DNA from: Colwellia sp. 12G3
Lineage (GTDB): Bacteria > Pseudomonadota > Gammaproteobacteria > Enterobacterales > Alteromonadaceae
NCBI RefSeq assembly: GCF_002836775.1
Contig: NZ_PJAQ01000043.1
Coordinates: forward strand, 21,350 to 61,349
Direction of reading: 5' to 3'
Length of the DNA: 40,000 bases
The position numbers and the translations under genes were made by a program. The notes beneath the pieces were generated by a model. That model was not told the DNA's origin. It was given only the letters and a program-made list of their open reading frames with translations, and searched no databases. This document shows, piece after piece, positions 8,485 to 16,093 of the stretch; the stretch's first letter is position 1; each line of letters begins with the position of its first letter.

Positions 8485-9060
8485 TTATTTAGGCTTTTCC
8501 TCACGAACAAGCATTGTCATGTATTTTGTAAATCGCCGTTGTCTGGTTTCAGCTTTCTTTGCACTTGTTAAGCCATAAGCGATAACATAACGACTCGATT
8601 TATTAAGTGTTTCAAAAAACTGTTTTACTCTTGGCTGATTTTCCAACGCAGTTAAGAAATCTTCGGGCACTTTCATTTCACTTACCACGTAGGCGTTTCC
8701 CCAACGACCATCGGCTTTCGCTGCACGAACATGAACAAACCCTGATTCCTTCATCCGTTCTTCGCTTATCAAACGTTCAACATGCTCAGTGTTTCTTTTA
8801 GACCAGTTGCTTCGTACTTTTCTGGGTGTTATGCGCTGAAGATAGGCTTGGTCATCAATTGACTTTTTTACGCCATCAATCCAGCCCCAGCATAAAATTT
8901 CTATGACTACATCATTCCAAGTAACACTTTGAACCCCTGTGTTTTTCTTAAATATCTTTACCCACAACTCACTTTCAGTGGCATGATTTACCTTAAGCCA
9001 CTTGCAGAGATCTTTTGGAGTTACAAATGTCATGATTCTCAATGGATCGGGTTCAGGCAT
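8485..9060 (-). CDS. Cassette 14 ORF: YdeI/OmpD-associated family protein
   Basis: Contains W..WL..NH....LWVKI.KK, LCWGWIDG and RITPRK..S.WSKRN blocks. The start is uncertain (ATG 9060 or 9033); the track start at 9093 lies in the attC. Confidence 0.7.
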   Translation of the reverse strand: MPEPDPLRIMTFVTPKDLCKWLKVNHATESELWVKIFKKNTGVQSVTWNDVVIEILCWGWIDGVKKSIDDQAYLQRITPRKVRSNWSKRNTEHVERLISEERMKESGFVHVRAAKADGRWGNAYVVSEMKVPEDFLTALENQPRVKQFFETLNKSSRYVIAYGLTSAKKAETRQRRFTKYMTMLVREEKPK

Positions 9061-9078
9061 CGAATTAGACTTTCTTGG

Positions 9079-9180
9079 TAATAGCGCCCACATTAAGGGG
9101 ACAAAAATTGTTGGTTATAATGTGAAGCGAGCGGAACTTAACCAACTTGCTTCAAGTTCCGTTTAAATTGCTTATTAGGT
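9079..9180 (-). repeat. attC-13
   Basis: gtaatagcgcccacattaagggg..gttggttataat..gaagcgagcggaacttaaccaact..gtttaaattgcttattaggt. Both core sites are slightly degenerate. Confidence 0.6.
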
Positions 9181-9192
9181 TTCTCCTACTAC

Positions 9193-9552
9193 TCAGAATG
9201 CGCTTTTCCATTGTTCAGTATCGATAAACCAGCGCTCCTCATAGATTTTTTCATCGTCAAACTTGAATAGAACTGACAGCTGAGAAGCCGTAATCTTATC
9301 GGATTTCCATTCAACGATCGAGACAACTTCTCGTTCCCCCTCTATTTGTCTAAGTTCCGTAATTTCGAAACCAGGAGGAAGGATTAAATCAAGACCATTC
9401 AAAGCAGAGCGAAACTCCTGTCGCCCTTCCAAAATATTGACTTGGCCGGGCATAATGAATTTCATTTCTTCAACATAATCTTTAACTAAGACATCAAAGT
9501 CACCTGTGCCAACAGCTTCCCATCCACGCTGTACTATGTCAGCTAATTTCAT
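9193..9552 (-). CDS. Cassette 13 ORF: SnoaL/NTF2-like fold protein (119 aa)
   Basis: The N-terminus MKLADIVQRGWEAVGTGDFD.L..Y.. is typical of small SnoaL-like domain proteins. Confidence 0.6.
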   Translation of the reverse strand: MKLADIVQRGWEAVGTGDFDVLVKDYVEEMKFIMPGQVNILEGRQEFRSALNGLDLILPPGFEITELRQIEGEREVVSIVEWKSDKITASQLSVLFKFDDEKIYEERWFIDTEQWKSAF

Positions 9553-9623
9553 TGTATATTCTCCTAAAGTAATTGATACAAATTAACTATAGAAGGTATC
9601 CACTAATTGTGAGAGGCAGTGAA

Positions 9624-9686
9624 TCATAATACTTACATAAGCGGAACCTAACCAACTGTTTGTTTTGTTTGAAGTGCTTGTTATGT
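9624..9686 (-). repeat. attC-12 (short form, mutated R')
   Basis: tcataatacttacataagcggaacctaaccaactgtttgttttgtttgaagtgcttgttatgt. R'' is a good ACATAAC, but R' reads ATTATGA (A at the crossover G). Confidence 0.55.
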
Positions 9687-9687
9687 G

Positions 9688-9978
9688 TTATTCCACCGAA
9701 GTCAGACCAAAGCCTGATCTACAGATGATTAAGAATAAAAGCACAAATATAATACCCATAGAGAATAAAATACCCTCTAGAAATAAGCTTGCACCAAAAA
9801 CTAAAAATGTTGACCAACAGAGTGTAATAGCTAAATTACTAAGCCTAAACCGGCAATTGCAAGAGTGACAGCAAAACACGCGAGGAGATAAAGAATACCA
9901 CGGCAAATTCTTTAAATTATTACGAAGATCCTTGTCACATACCCAAGCCTTACAATTTAGGCATTTTGCAATGTTCAT
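9688..9978 (-). CDS. Cassette 12 ORF: small zinc-ribbon (CxxC..CxxC) membrane protein
   Basis: MNIAKCLNCKAW...CCHSCNC followed by 2 TM helices. Start moved to ATG 9978 (AAGGA upstream); the track start lies in attC-11. Confidence 0.5.
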   Translation of the reverse strand: MNIAKCLNCKAWVCDKDLRNNLKNLPWYSLSPRVFCCHSCNCRFRLSNLAITLCWSTFLVFGASLFLEGILFSMGIIFVLLFLIICRSGFGLTSVE

Positions 9979-9993
9979 ACAATATCCTTTTGC

Positions 9994-10089
9994 ACATAAC
10001 GCCACTAAGAGGCGAAAAGTAGTGAGTTAAAATAGCGACGAAGGAGTAAAAAAAACACTATATTTGTCCTTTTTAACCGCTTGTTAGAA
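9994..10089 (-). repeat. attC-11
   Basis: acataacgccactaagaggcg...tttgtcctttttaaccgcttgttagaa. Full family match, and R'' abuts the stop of cassette 11. Confidence 0.8.
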
Positions 10090-10584
10090 CTATTTCTTAA
10101 TTAGTTCATCATTCATGTTTTTACCCCCTAAGAAATCCTCTCTAGGAGTATAATTAATCCAATCTGTTTGCTTTATAATTTTATTCTGGGAATTAAACTC
10201 TTGATAAATTATAAACAACCACGGGCCCATCCTTTGTCCATCAAAGATAAACTCATGAAAAAAACCTTGTGTTACAACCGTATTTCCATCTTGAATTTGT
10301 TTTGTAATGGTTAAAATTTGCCCACCTGAAAGAGCCGTAAATTCGCCTTTATCCCAGGCTAAGAATTCTTTAATCTCTCTTTTTGTTTTTAAACTATTTC
10401 CATAGATAATATCTTCAAATTGGGCATTATCATCATAGAAAGACATTAAGAGATTAAAATCATTACGTTGTGAGTATACGTTAAAGTAGTCCACAACAAT
10501 TTGAGACATTTCATTGTTATTTATACTTTTAGAAGCACACCCACTAAATAGAAGAATTATTAAGGCAATTAAAATATTACGCAT
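10090..10584 (-). CDS. Cassette 11 ORF: lipoprotein with an NTF2/SnoaL-like domain
   Basis: MRNILIALIILLFSGC|AS is a lipobox. YFNVYSQRNDF..LMSFYDDNAQFED is SnoaL-like. Start at ATG 10584 is preferred over GTG 10599. Confidence 0.6.
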   Translation of the reverse strand: MRNILIALIILLFSGCASKSINNNEMSQIVVDYFNVYSQRNDFNLLMSFYDDNAQFEDIIYGNSLKTKREIKEFLAWDKGEFTALSGGQILTITKQIQDGNTVVTQGFFHEFIFDGQRMGPWLFIIYQEFNSQNKIIKQTDWINYTPREDFLGGKNMNDELIKK

Positions 10585-10605
10585 ATCTGGAGAATTCACC
10601 CATAG

Positions 10606-10699
10606 TGATAACGCCTAAATAAGAGGCTTTTTATAGTTTGCTAAAATTGTGGAGCGAAGCAGAACCTAGAAAACTGTATTTTTCCGTTCAATGTTCTTT
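10606..10699 (-). repeat. attC-10
   Basis: tgataacgcctaaataagaggc..tagtttgctaaaat..gaagcagaac..tttccgttcaatgttcttt. Confidence 0.75.
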
Positions 10700-11170
10700 T
10701 TATGTGCTTAGTGCACACTCCATTTTAATTGATTCTAGAACTACTCCATTTCGAGTAGTAAAGTTACTTTTGCTTTGTTCAACGAATCCATTTCGCAAAT
10801 AAAAATTTGCAGCATTAAGCGATGAGTCTACTTTAAGGATTTTAATGCCTGCTTTATTAGCTTTTATAAATAGAAATTCAATCATTTTTTGACCAATTCC
10901 TTTTCCTACGCAATCAGGTGAGACAAACAATGAAAGCAAAAGTTGCTTTTCTATATTTAGCTCACCAAAACAGACAACTCTATTTTCCAATACCTTGACA
11001 TATTGTACACAGCCATTATTCGCGCTTTGTACAAACCGTTCAGGATTGGCTTCTCCTACCCAGTCCAAAACTGTCTTACTATCATAATCTCTTATACAAA
11101 GAGCTTCTGCTGAAGATCTAAAAACAGAATCCATATCTGTGTAATCTGATTTGTGAGCAACTCGAATCAT
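10700..11170 (-). CDS. Cassette 10 ORF: GNAT family N-acetyltransferase
   Basis: Has the acetyl-CoA binding block V.P...GKGIGQKMIEF and NA.NFY.RNGF. Confidence 0.8.
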   Translation of the reverse strand: MIRVAHKSDYTDMDSVFRSSAEALCIRDYDSKTVLDWVGEANPERFVQSANNGCVQYVKVLENRVVCFGELNIEKQLLLSLFVSPDCVGKGIGQKMIEFLFIKANKAGIKILKVDSSLNAANFYLRNGFVEQSKSNFTTRNGVVLESIKMECALST

Positions 11171-11190
11171 AAATACAGTCCTCTAAAAGC

Positions 11191-11289
11191 ACATAACATT
11201 TTGCTAAGGAGCAAATTGTAGTTGACTAGAATAAGCGACGTAGGAGCAAAAGCCAACTGTATTTTGTCCTCATTTAACAGCGGTTAGGT
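11191..11289 (-). repeat. attC-9
   Basis: acataacattttgctaaggagc...agccaactgtattttgtcctcatttaacagcggttaggt. The stop codon of cassette 9 lies inside R''. Confidence 0.8.
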
Positions 11290-12369
11290 TTTCTCTATTA
11301 CTTTATTGTCTAAGTACTTTTCAGGAGTTAACAAGAAGGTAGAGAATAAATTTACGGCTTGTTCAAGTTGCTCTTTTATACGCTTAGGGAATACTTGCTC
11401 AATCGTATCCAACCGATCAAATTTAGAATGTAAAATAATACCCCAACGATTTTCAGTTTCTCGATCACAAGCACCTTGAGATGAGGAGTCGAAGCAATCC
11501 CAAAAAGCAGGATGATTTGTTTGAGACAATCCATCAAACCCATACAACCCATTAATTGAAAAATTAGTAGACTCTAAAAATACAATTGGTATTCCTGCAC
11601 AAGAAAAAGGGAAATGATCTGACCAAGGACCCGTTTCACCCTTTGGGTATTCCTTAGATTTAGGATGTTCAACAAATTGAATACTCTTGTTAATAGACTC
11701 TGATGTTTTAATAATAGCTTTACGTAAAATAGGCTCTCCATTGTAAATAGAATCAGACTTACCACATGGATATGGCGTTGAAAGCGCGCTGTGAACATAC
11801 ATTTTATCGCCTCCAGCAATCATATCAAAATTAATCATGCCAGCTATATTTTGCAATGCTGTTGGAGTTAACTGCTTCACATAATATTGTGAGCCTGATA
11901 TCCCTATTTCTTCTGCTCCAAATGCAATAAAACGTATATTGAAATGTCTAGATGGACTTTTAGAAATAATCTGGGCAATCTCGAGCATAGCTGCAACACC
12001 TGTCCCATTATCTATTGCTCCATATGAACCTTCGCCTTTAGAGTCGTAATGAGCACCAAGAATAATAGTCGGTAAATCATTACTTCCTAATTCAGCAATT
12101 ATATTGTTTGACTTAAAATATTGCTCTTTATTTTTAAACTCAAAAGGTTGAACCTTTACCTTAAAGCCAAGTTCTCTAAGTGTGTTAGATATAAATTTAG
12201 AAGTATTCATTTCCTCTACAGATCCTGAAGTTCTAACCCCAATGCCTTCATTAACAGAGACCAATTGCTGCAAATATGAATAAGCATCTTTTTCATTAGC
12301 AAAAACAGAGGTCGTACAGCAACACAAAAGTATTATATTTGCTATTTGAGATATTCGGTTTTGAAACAC
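11284..12369 (-). CDS. Cassette 9 ORF: M28 family zinc aminopeptidase (secreted)
   Basis: N-terminal signal peptide. M28 metal-ligand blocks are present: GAHYDS, DNGTGVAAMLE, FGAEEIG. GTG start with AAGGA upstream. Confidence 0.85.
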   Translation of the reverse strand: MFQNRISQIANIILLCCCTTSVFANEKDAYSYLQQLVSVNEGIGVRTSGSVEEMNTSKFISNTLRELGFKVKVQPFEFKNKEQYFKSNNIIAELGSNDLPTIILGAHYDSKGEGSYGAIDNGTGVAAMLEIAQIISKSPSRHFNIRFIAFGAEEIGISGSQYYVKQLTPTALQNIAGMINFDMIAGGDKMYVHSALSTPYPCGKSDSIYNGEPILRKAIIKTSESINKSIQFVEHPKSKEYPKGETGPWSDHFPFSCAGIPIVFLESTNFSINGLYGFDGLSQTNHPAFWDCFDSSSQGACDRETENRWGIILHSKFDRLDTIEQVFPKRIKEQLEQAVNLFSTFLLTPEKYLDNKVIEKT

Positions 12370-12424
12370 TTTTTTAATCCTTTTTAAAGAGTATTAACAC
12401 AATATTCGATTGATAGAGTTAGAA

Positions 12425-12469
12425 ACCTAACGCCCTGTTAGCAGTTGTCCGTTTGAAGCCTTGTTAGCT
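12425..12469 (-). repeat. attC-8 (very short, about 45 bp)
   Basis: acctaacgccctgttagcagttgtccgtttgaagccttgttagct. R' and R'' are good (GTTAGGT / AGCTAAC) but the middle is minimal. The cassette 8 stop lies inside R''. Confidence 0.5.
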
Positions 12470-13118
12470 TTGATGGCTCATAAGCATTGCCATACCTAGC
12501 CAAGAGAACCATAATATTTGGCCTAAGCCAAATATTTCTGTCAGTATTTCAGCAGGATAAATAGTGAGAATACCAACAGTACCAATAAATAGACCGAAAC
12601 AATTTAGCAATTTAGGTAATTCAATAATTTTTAAGCCTGCAACACTTAATAAAAGAACCCATAACCCTCCTACAACTTCGTTACCTCCCCCTAAACCTTC
12701 AACTATTGTATTAATAACGATCCAAAGAGTCATTGCTTGCTCTGCGTTTTTGGCAGACAAATCGATTACAGCAGCTAATCCTACATTTGCAATCATTCCA
12801 CTTGCTATGACAAGGCCAACCCAAATAATACCGAAGACCGAAGCAGTTTGTGATAAAACAGGGGCTTTGGTTTTCATTCGTTGATGGATCGCTAAAACTA
12901 ATACCGCCAAAAAAAGACCAAAGGCGACATACATAGTTAAGTTAACTATCGATAAAATCACTTGATTATTAGTTAGAAAAATAAATTTATGTGTATCATC
13001 CGCACTGACAGGGTAATCCCAAAACGCTCCAAAACGCTCCAAAAAAAACAAAAGCTGATATGTAAATAATGGCCTCAAAAAGTGCTGCAACGCCACCTAT
13101 TTTTTGTAATTTATTCAA
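12464..13118 (-). pseudogene. Cassette 8: multi-TM membrane protein (DUF4386-like) frameshifted by a 10-bp tandem duplication
   Basis: AAAACGCTCC occurs twice in tandem (13021-13040). The upstream frame TTG 13118..TGA 12996 encodes NKLQKIGGVAALFEAIIYISAFVFFGAFW. Deleting one repeat copy fuses it in frame to ..DYPVSADDTHKF.. of the 12464-13096 ORF. Confidence 0.65.
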
Positions 13119-13192
13119 GACTCTACCCTTGATTATAAAAATTTTAAGTTAACATAAAAGAATAGTTGTTAACGACTTCAATATGTAACAAA

Positions 13193-13290
13193 AGCTAACG
13201 CCCTAATAAGGGGCTTTTTTAGTTTGCTAAAATGTTGAACGAAGTGAAACCGAGCAAACTGTAAAAAGTCTCACTTGAGTAGCTTGTATG
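13193..13290 (-). repeat. attC-7
   Basis: agctaacgccctaataagggg..agtttgctaaaat..gaagtgaaaccgagcaaactgt..cttgtatg. Confidence 0.75.
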
Positions 13291-13311
13291 GATAAATTGC
13301 TGATATACCGA

Positions 13312-13557
13312 CTATAAAAAACTAAGAAGTAATAGTAAACCTATAATTCCCGAACCAAATAATAGGTATTTACCAAAGGTAGAATTATCTTCGAGAGTTT
13401 CTTGATGCTGCGCTTGTAATTGAGCCAACTGTGATTCATTTAAATCAGAGCAATGAATACATTTATCGCTTGCTTCCGGTGTATATAATTCACATCTATC
13501 ACAGCGTTTTTGTTTCGGCTGCTTAGCTTTCATTGCTAGACTCATTCCTACAGACAT
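13312..13557 (-). CDS. Cassette 7 ORF: small zinc-ribbon protein with a C-terminal TM helix
   Basis: CDRC...CIHC followed by a glutamine-rich linker and GIIGLLLLLSFL. Start moved to ATG 13557 (AAGGA upstream) because 13596 lies inside attC-6. Confidence 0.5.
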   Translation of the reverse strand: MSVGMSLAMKAKQPKQKRCDRCELYTPEASDKCIHCSDLNESQLAQLQAQHQETLEDNSTFGKYLLFGSGIIGLLLLLSFL

Positions 13558-13572
13558 TGTGAAATCCTTTAC

Positions 13573-13628
13573 ACATAACGCCTCGTTAAGAGGCAAATAA
13601 TTTGTCCTGCTTTAACGACTTGTTAGGT
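13573..13628 (-). repeat. attC-6 (short form, 56 bp)
   Basis: acataacgcctcgttaagaggcaaataatttgtcctgctttaacgacttgttaggt. CGTTAAGAGG pairs with CCTGCTTTAACG with bulged bases. Confidence 0.8.
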
Positions 13629-13645
13629 ATGCCGAATTCATATAC

Positions 13646-14089
13646 TTAACTCAATACTCTGATTTGGTTTATTGAATTTACTCTAATATGAGTTTGAAAA
13701 TAATATTTTTCAGTTCTCTTACCATTTGAAATAAACCAAATTTTCATTTGTTTGGCTTTACCAGTAACTTCGATATTTTTATTAATGAAATATGCTTCTG
13801 GCGAAGAGCCATATTTTTTTGTAAACGCTGCGATTGTTTTAGGGTGGAGTGCTACCGTAATACTTCTTCTATCTCTGTAATCTAATTCAGTGTTTAAATA
13901 GACAACTTTTCTCTCTACACCTGATGCTTTTATTGAAAATTGAAAAGTACCTCTTATACCATCTGGTGCATTTAGTTCTGTTTGTTCAATTAAACGCATC
14001 ACATCAGTTGAGGGTTGATTTGAAGTTACGTCAGACGTTGTTGTACATGCAGATAAAACTAAAATTGATAATAATATTAAATACTTCAT
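13646..14089 (-). CDS. Cassette 6 ORF: putative lipoprotein (147 aa)
   Basis: Lipobox LSAC|TT, with AAGGA upstream of the ATG. No family recognised. Confidence 0.6.
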   Translation of the reverse strand: MKYLILLSILVLSACTTTSDVTSNQPSTDVMRLIEQTELNAPDGIRGTFQFSIKASGVERKVVYLNTELDYRDRRSITVALHPKTIAAFTKKYGSSPEAYFINKNIEVTGKAKQMKIWFISNGKRTEKYYFQTHIRVNSINQIRVLS

Positions 14090-14112
14090 TGAGATGACAT
14101 CCTTGTTTGTAT

Positions 14113-14213
14113 ACCTAACGCCGCAATAAGCGGAAAATTATAGTTGGCTAAAATGTTTGAGGAACGAAAAACAGCCAACTGTAAATTTTGTCCTTTTAAA
14201 CTACTTGTTATAT
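14113..14213 (-). repeat. attC-5
   Basis: acctaacgccgcaataagcgg..agttggctaaaat..acagccaactgtaaattttgtccttttaaactacttgttatat. This is a near-consensus member. Confidence 0.85.
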
Positions 14214-14221
14214 GCACAACA

Positions 14222-14422
14222 CTAAGATTTAGCAGGTTTTATTTTTACACGTTTGAATGCAATAAATAAAACATCTACTACTGTGATCAGTATGATAATC
14301 GAACAAATAAAGTTTATTGAATCTAAATTAACGCTAGATAGATTAGGTTCAAATAAATTTGTAAATGCTAAAACAAGCATTGGAATGATAAACGATATTC
14401 CAATTATATATTTCATTTTCAT
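14222..14422 (-). CDS. Cassette 5 ORF: small two-TM membrane protein (66 aa)
   Basis: Hydrophobic ORF with GGAG upstream of the ATG. Confidence 0.45.
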   Translation of the reverse strand: MKMKYIIGISFIIPMLVLAFTNLFEPNLSSVNLDSINFICSIIILITVVDVLFIAFKRVKIKPAKS

Positions 14423-14432
14423 ATACGACTCC

Positions 14433-14500
14433 TATTACTCTCAAGTTAGAATTAGTCACCAAATCAGAGGTGCATTTTTCCGCTTGAAGAGCTTGTTATA
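14433..14500 (-). repeat. attC-4 (short, degenerate R')
   Basis: On the minus strand R'' is ATATAAC. L'' CTCT(T)CAAG pairs with L' CTTGAGAG, leaving one bulged T. R' reads GTAATAG instead of GTTATAT. Confidence 0.5.
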
Positions 14501-14503
14501 TTA

Positions 14504-14728
14504 CTATTGATACCAAACACTTACGACGACTGTTGCAGGCATCCATGAACCACCACTTTGTGATTGAGTGATATTTTTAATTTCCACATCTGGCTTTGAA
14601 GCGAGCCAAAGATTGATTTCAGCTTCTAAACCACAATCAGATGATGATGTTGAACTAGGCCAAAAACCTTGCTTAGGCTTAATGATTTTTGTGAATATTT
14701 TAACTTCCATTTTAGAAATATACTCCAT
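14504..14728 (-). CDS. Cassette 4 ORF: hypothetical 74-aa soluble protein
   Basis: ORF placed between attC-3 and attC-4. No family recognised. Confidence 0.45.
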   Translation of the reverse strand: MEYISKMEVKIFTKIIKPKQGFWPSSTSSSDCGLEAEINLWLASKPDVEIKNITQSQSGGSWMPATVVVSVWYQ

Positions 14729-14740
14729 GTTGATTTAGTA

Positions 14741-14843
14741 ATATAACGCCCAAATAATGGGCTAAGCAATGGTTGGCTAAAATTGTGTAGCGAAGCGAAA
14801 CGTAGCCAACTGTTACGTTTCCTTGTTGATTTTCTTGTTAAAT
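14741..14843 (-). repeat. attC-3
   Basis: atataacgcccaaataatgggc..ggttggctaaaat..gaagcgaaacgtagccaactgt..tttcttgttaaat. Confidence 0.85.
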
Positions 14844-14849
14844 CTCGTT

Positions 14850-15356
14850 TTATAAAGCCACTTGATATATATCTATTTCGAACCCACGAAATACAGAAGA
14901 TTTAATAAATTGAAAGCCTGTTCTGTTTACGACTTTAACAGAGCTAACATTATCCGATTCTATTAGTGCGTGTACCGCGTTAAGATTTAAGGATTTTTTA
15001 GCAAAGTCTAAAATCCCATTTGTTGATTCAACAGCATAACCTTTACCTTGTTGGTCAGTGGTAAGGCGATAGTTAATATGTATAACATCTTCAGAGTTCA
15101 AGTTGTGTTTATTAAGACCGCACACCCCAACAAACTCATCAGTAACAGAGTTAAAAATTGCCCAATGCCCATAGCCATTTAAGTCATACTGTTTTTTGCA
15201 GTTAGCTATATAATCATGGATTTGTTCTTCTGTGTGAACACCTACAGTTGAGTATTGCATTACTACAGGATCAGCTAACACTTTTGATAGGTTTTTAGCA
15301 TCCTCATTCGTAATTTGACGAATACATAACCTTTCAGTTTCAACAATAATCAACAC
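14850..15356 (-). CDS. Cassette 3 ORF: GNAT (RimJ/RimL-like) N-acetyltransferase
   Basis: Has ETERLCIRQ.T.ED (a typical RimL-type N-terminus), QGKGYA and N..S..V..R.GF blocks. Confidence 0.8.
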   Translation of the reverse strand: MLIIVETERLCIRQITNEDAKNLSKVLADPVVMQYSTVGVHTEEQIHDYIANCKKQYDLNGYGHWAIFNSVTDEFVGVCGLNKHNLNSEDVIHINYRLTTDQQGKGYAVESTNGILDFAKKSLNLNAVHALIESDNVSSVKVVNRTGFQFIKSSVFRGFEIDIYQVAL

Positions 15357-15368
15357 AAACTCCTAGAG

Positions 15369-15466
15369 ATATAACGCCCTCGTTAATGGGCAAAATATTG
15401 TTGGCTAAAATAGTTGAGGAACGAAACACAGCCAACAATATTTTGTCCTGATTTAACAGCTTATTA
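15369..15466 (-). repeat. attC-2
   Basis: atataacgccctcgttaatgggc..gttggctaaaat..acagccaacaatattttgtcctgatttaacagcttatta. Confidence 0.85.
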
Positions 15467-15471
15467 TAAGT

Positions 15472-15726
15472 TTAATTAACTACACAAGAACAAGCTATTT
15501 CGCCGTCTTGAACCCACTCTCTGTAGCCTGAACCACATTTCATTTTATAATGATTACAAGTTGCCTCGTTACCATAAGCAGTACTATTTCCAGTAACCGT
15601 TGTAGTTATAACGCCATCAATAATTTCGCCCGCAGACCAAGGTTTAATATCTAAAGCAGTACAACCAGAGAGAAAGGTAATAGAAAATACGAGTAGAATG
15701 AAATATGTTTTATTCCCAGCAACCAT
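15472..15726 (-). CDS. Cassette 2 ORF: small Cys-rich lipoprotein (84 aa)
   Basis: Lipobox LSGC|TA, with four further Cys in the C-terminal third. Confidence 0.55.
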   Translation of the reverse strand: MVAGNKTYFILLVFSITFLSGCTALDIKPWSAGEIIDGVITTTVTGNSTAYGNEATCNHYKMKCGSGYREWVQDGEIACSCVVN

Positions 15727-15750
15727 TTTAATACTCCAATACTTAGAAAC

Positions 15751-15835
15751 TTATAACGCTTTGATAAGCGGGAAAAACTTGTTGGCTAAAATTGTGAACG
15801 GAGTGAAAAAGCCAACTGTTTTTTTTCTTGTTATG
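15751..15835 (-). repeat. attC-1
   Basis: ttataacgctttgataagcggg..gttggctaaaat..aaagccaactgtttttttttcttgttatgt. Confidence 0.85.
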
Positions 15836-15839
15836 TAAT

Positions 15840-16043
15840 TTACTGCTGCGGTGTTTCTTTATTTTTGAGAGGAGCTAAAAGCATATAGAATATCCAAGCA
15901 AACCAAGACACAAAGACTACTAATAACAACCAAGCCAATTTTTCACCACCACGAGTTTTTGATGAACTTAAAATTAAAACTACGGGTAAAACCCAAACTA
16001 AGAAAAATATTATCAAGATTGAAAAAATCCCTATACCACCCAT
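15840..16043 (-). CDS. Cassette 1 ORF: small PLDc_N-type two-TM membrane protein (67 aa)
   Basis: The pattern KLAWLLLVVFVSWFAWIFYMLLAP is typical of the PLD-nuclease N-terminal (PF13396-like) small membrane proteins. GGAG lies upstream of the ATG. It is the first cassette after attI. Confidence 0.6.
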   Translation of the reverse strand: MGGIGIFSILIIFFLVWVLPVVLILSSSKTRGGEKLAWLLLVVFVSWFAWIFYMLLAPLKNKETPQQ

Positions 16044-16066
16044 ATTGCTACTCCATTTATTTAATT

Positions 16067-16090
16067 ACATAACAATTTATTATGAGGAAA
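16067..16090 (-). other. attI core (simple site) with the attI x attC junction
   Basis: + strand ACATAAC (16067-16073) has the same R-box sequence as attC-6, attC-9 and attC-11. AATTT and an imperfect inverted copy ATTATGA follow. The site lies between cassette 1 and intI. Confidence 0.55.
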
Positions 16091-16093
16091 GCC

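Noticed and set aside
10700-12369. Adjacent M28 peptidase and GNAT cassettes mirror the chromosomal GNAT + M28 pair at 20926-22955, raising the possibility of a duplication
   Set aside because: The proteins of the two pairs share only family-level motifs, with different lengths and domain layouts and no extended identity by eye. Both families are very common, so the match is probably coincidence.
6134-15835. Regularly spaced repeats might be read as a CRISPR array
   Set aside because: The repeats are 45-105 bp imperfect palindromes with RYYYAAC/GTTRRRY ends, not 28-37 bp direct repeats. The 'spacers' are 200-1100 bp and each contains an ORF. An integron integrase is adjacent, not cas genes.
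5756-16043. Toxin-antitoxin cassettes, which are usual stabilisers of large chromosomal integrons
   Set aside because: No ORF resembles RelE/ParE/HigB/Phd/YoeB/CcdB-type proteins, and no typical overlapping two-gene cassette was seen apart from the speculative 14222-14728 pair.
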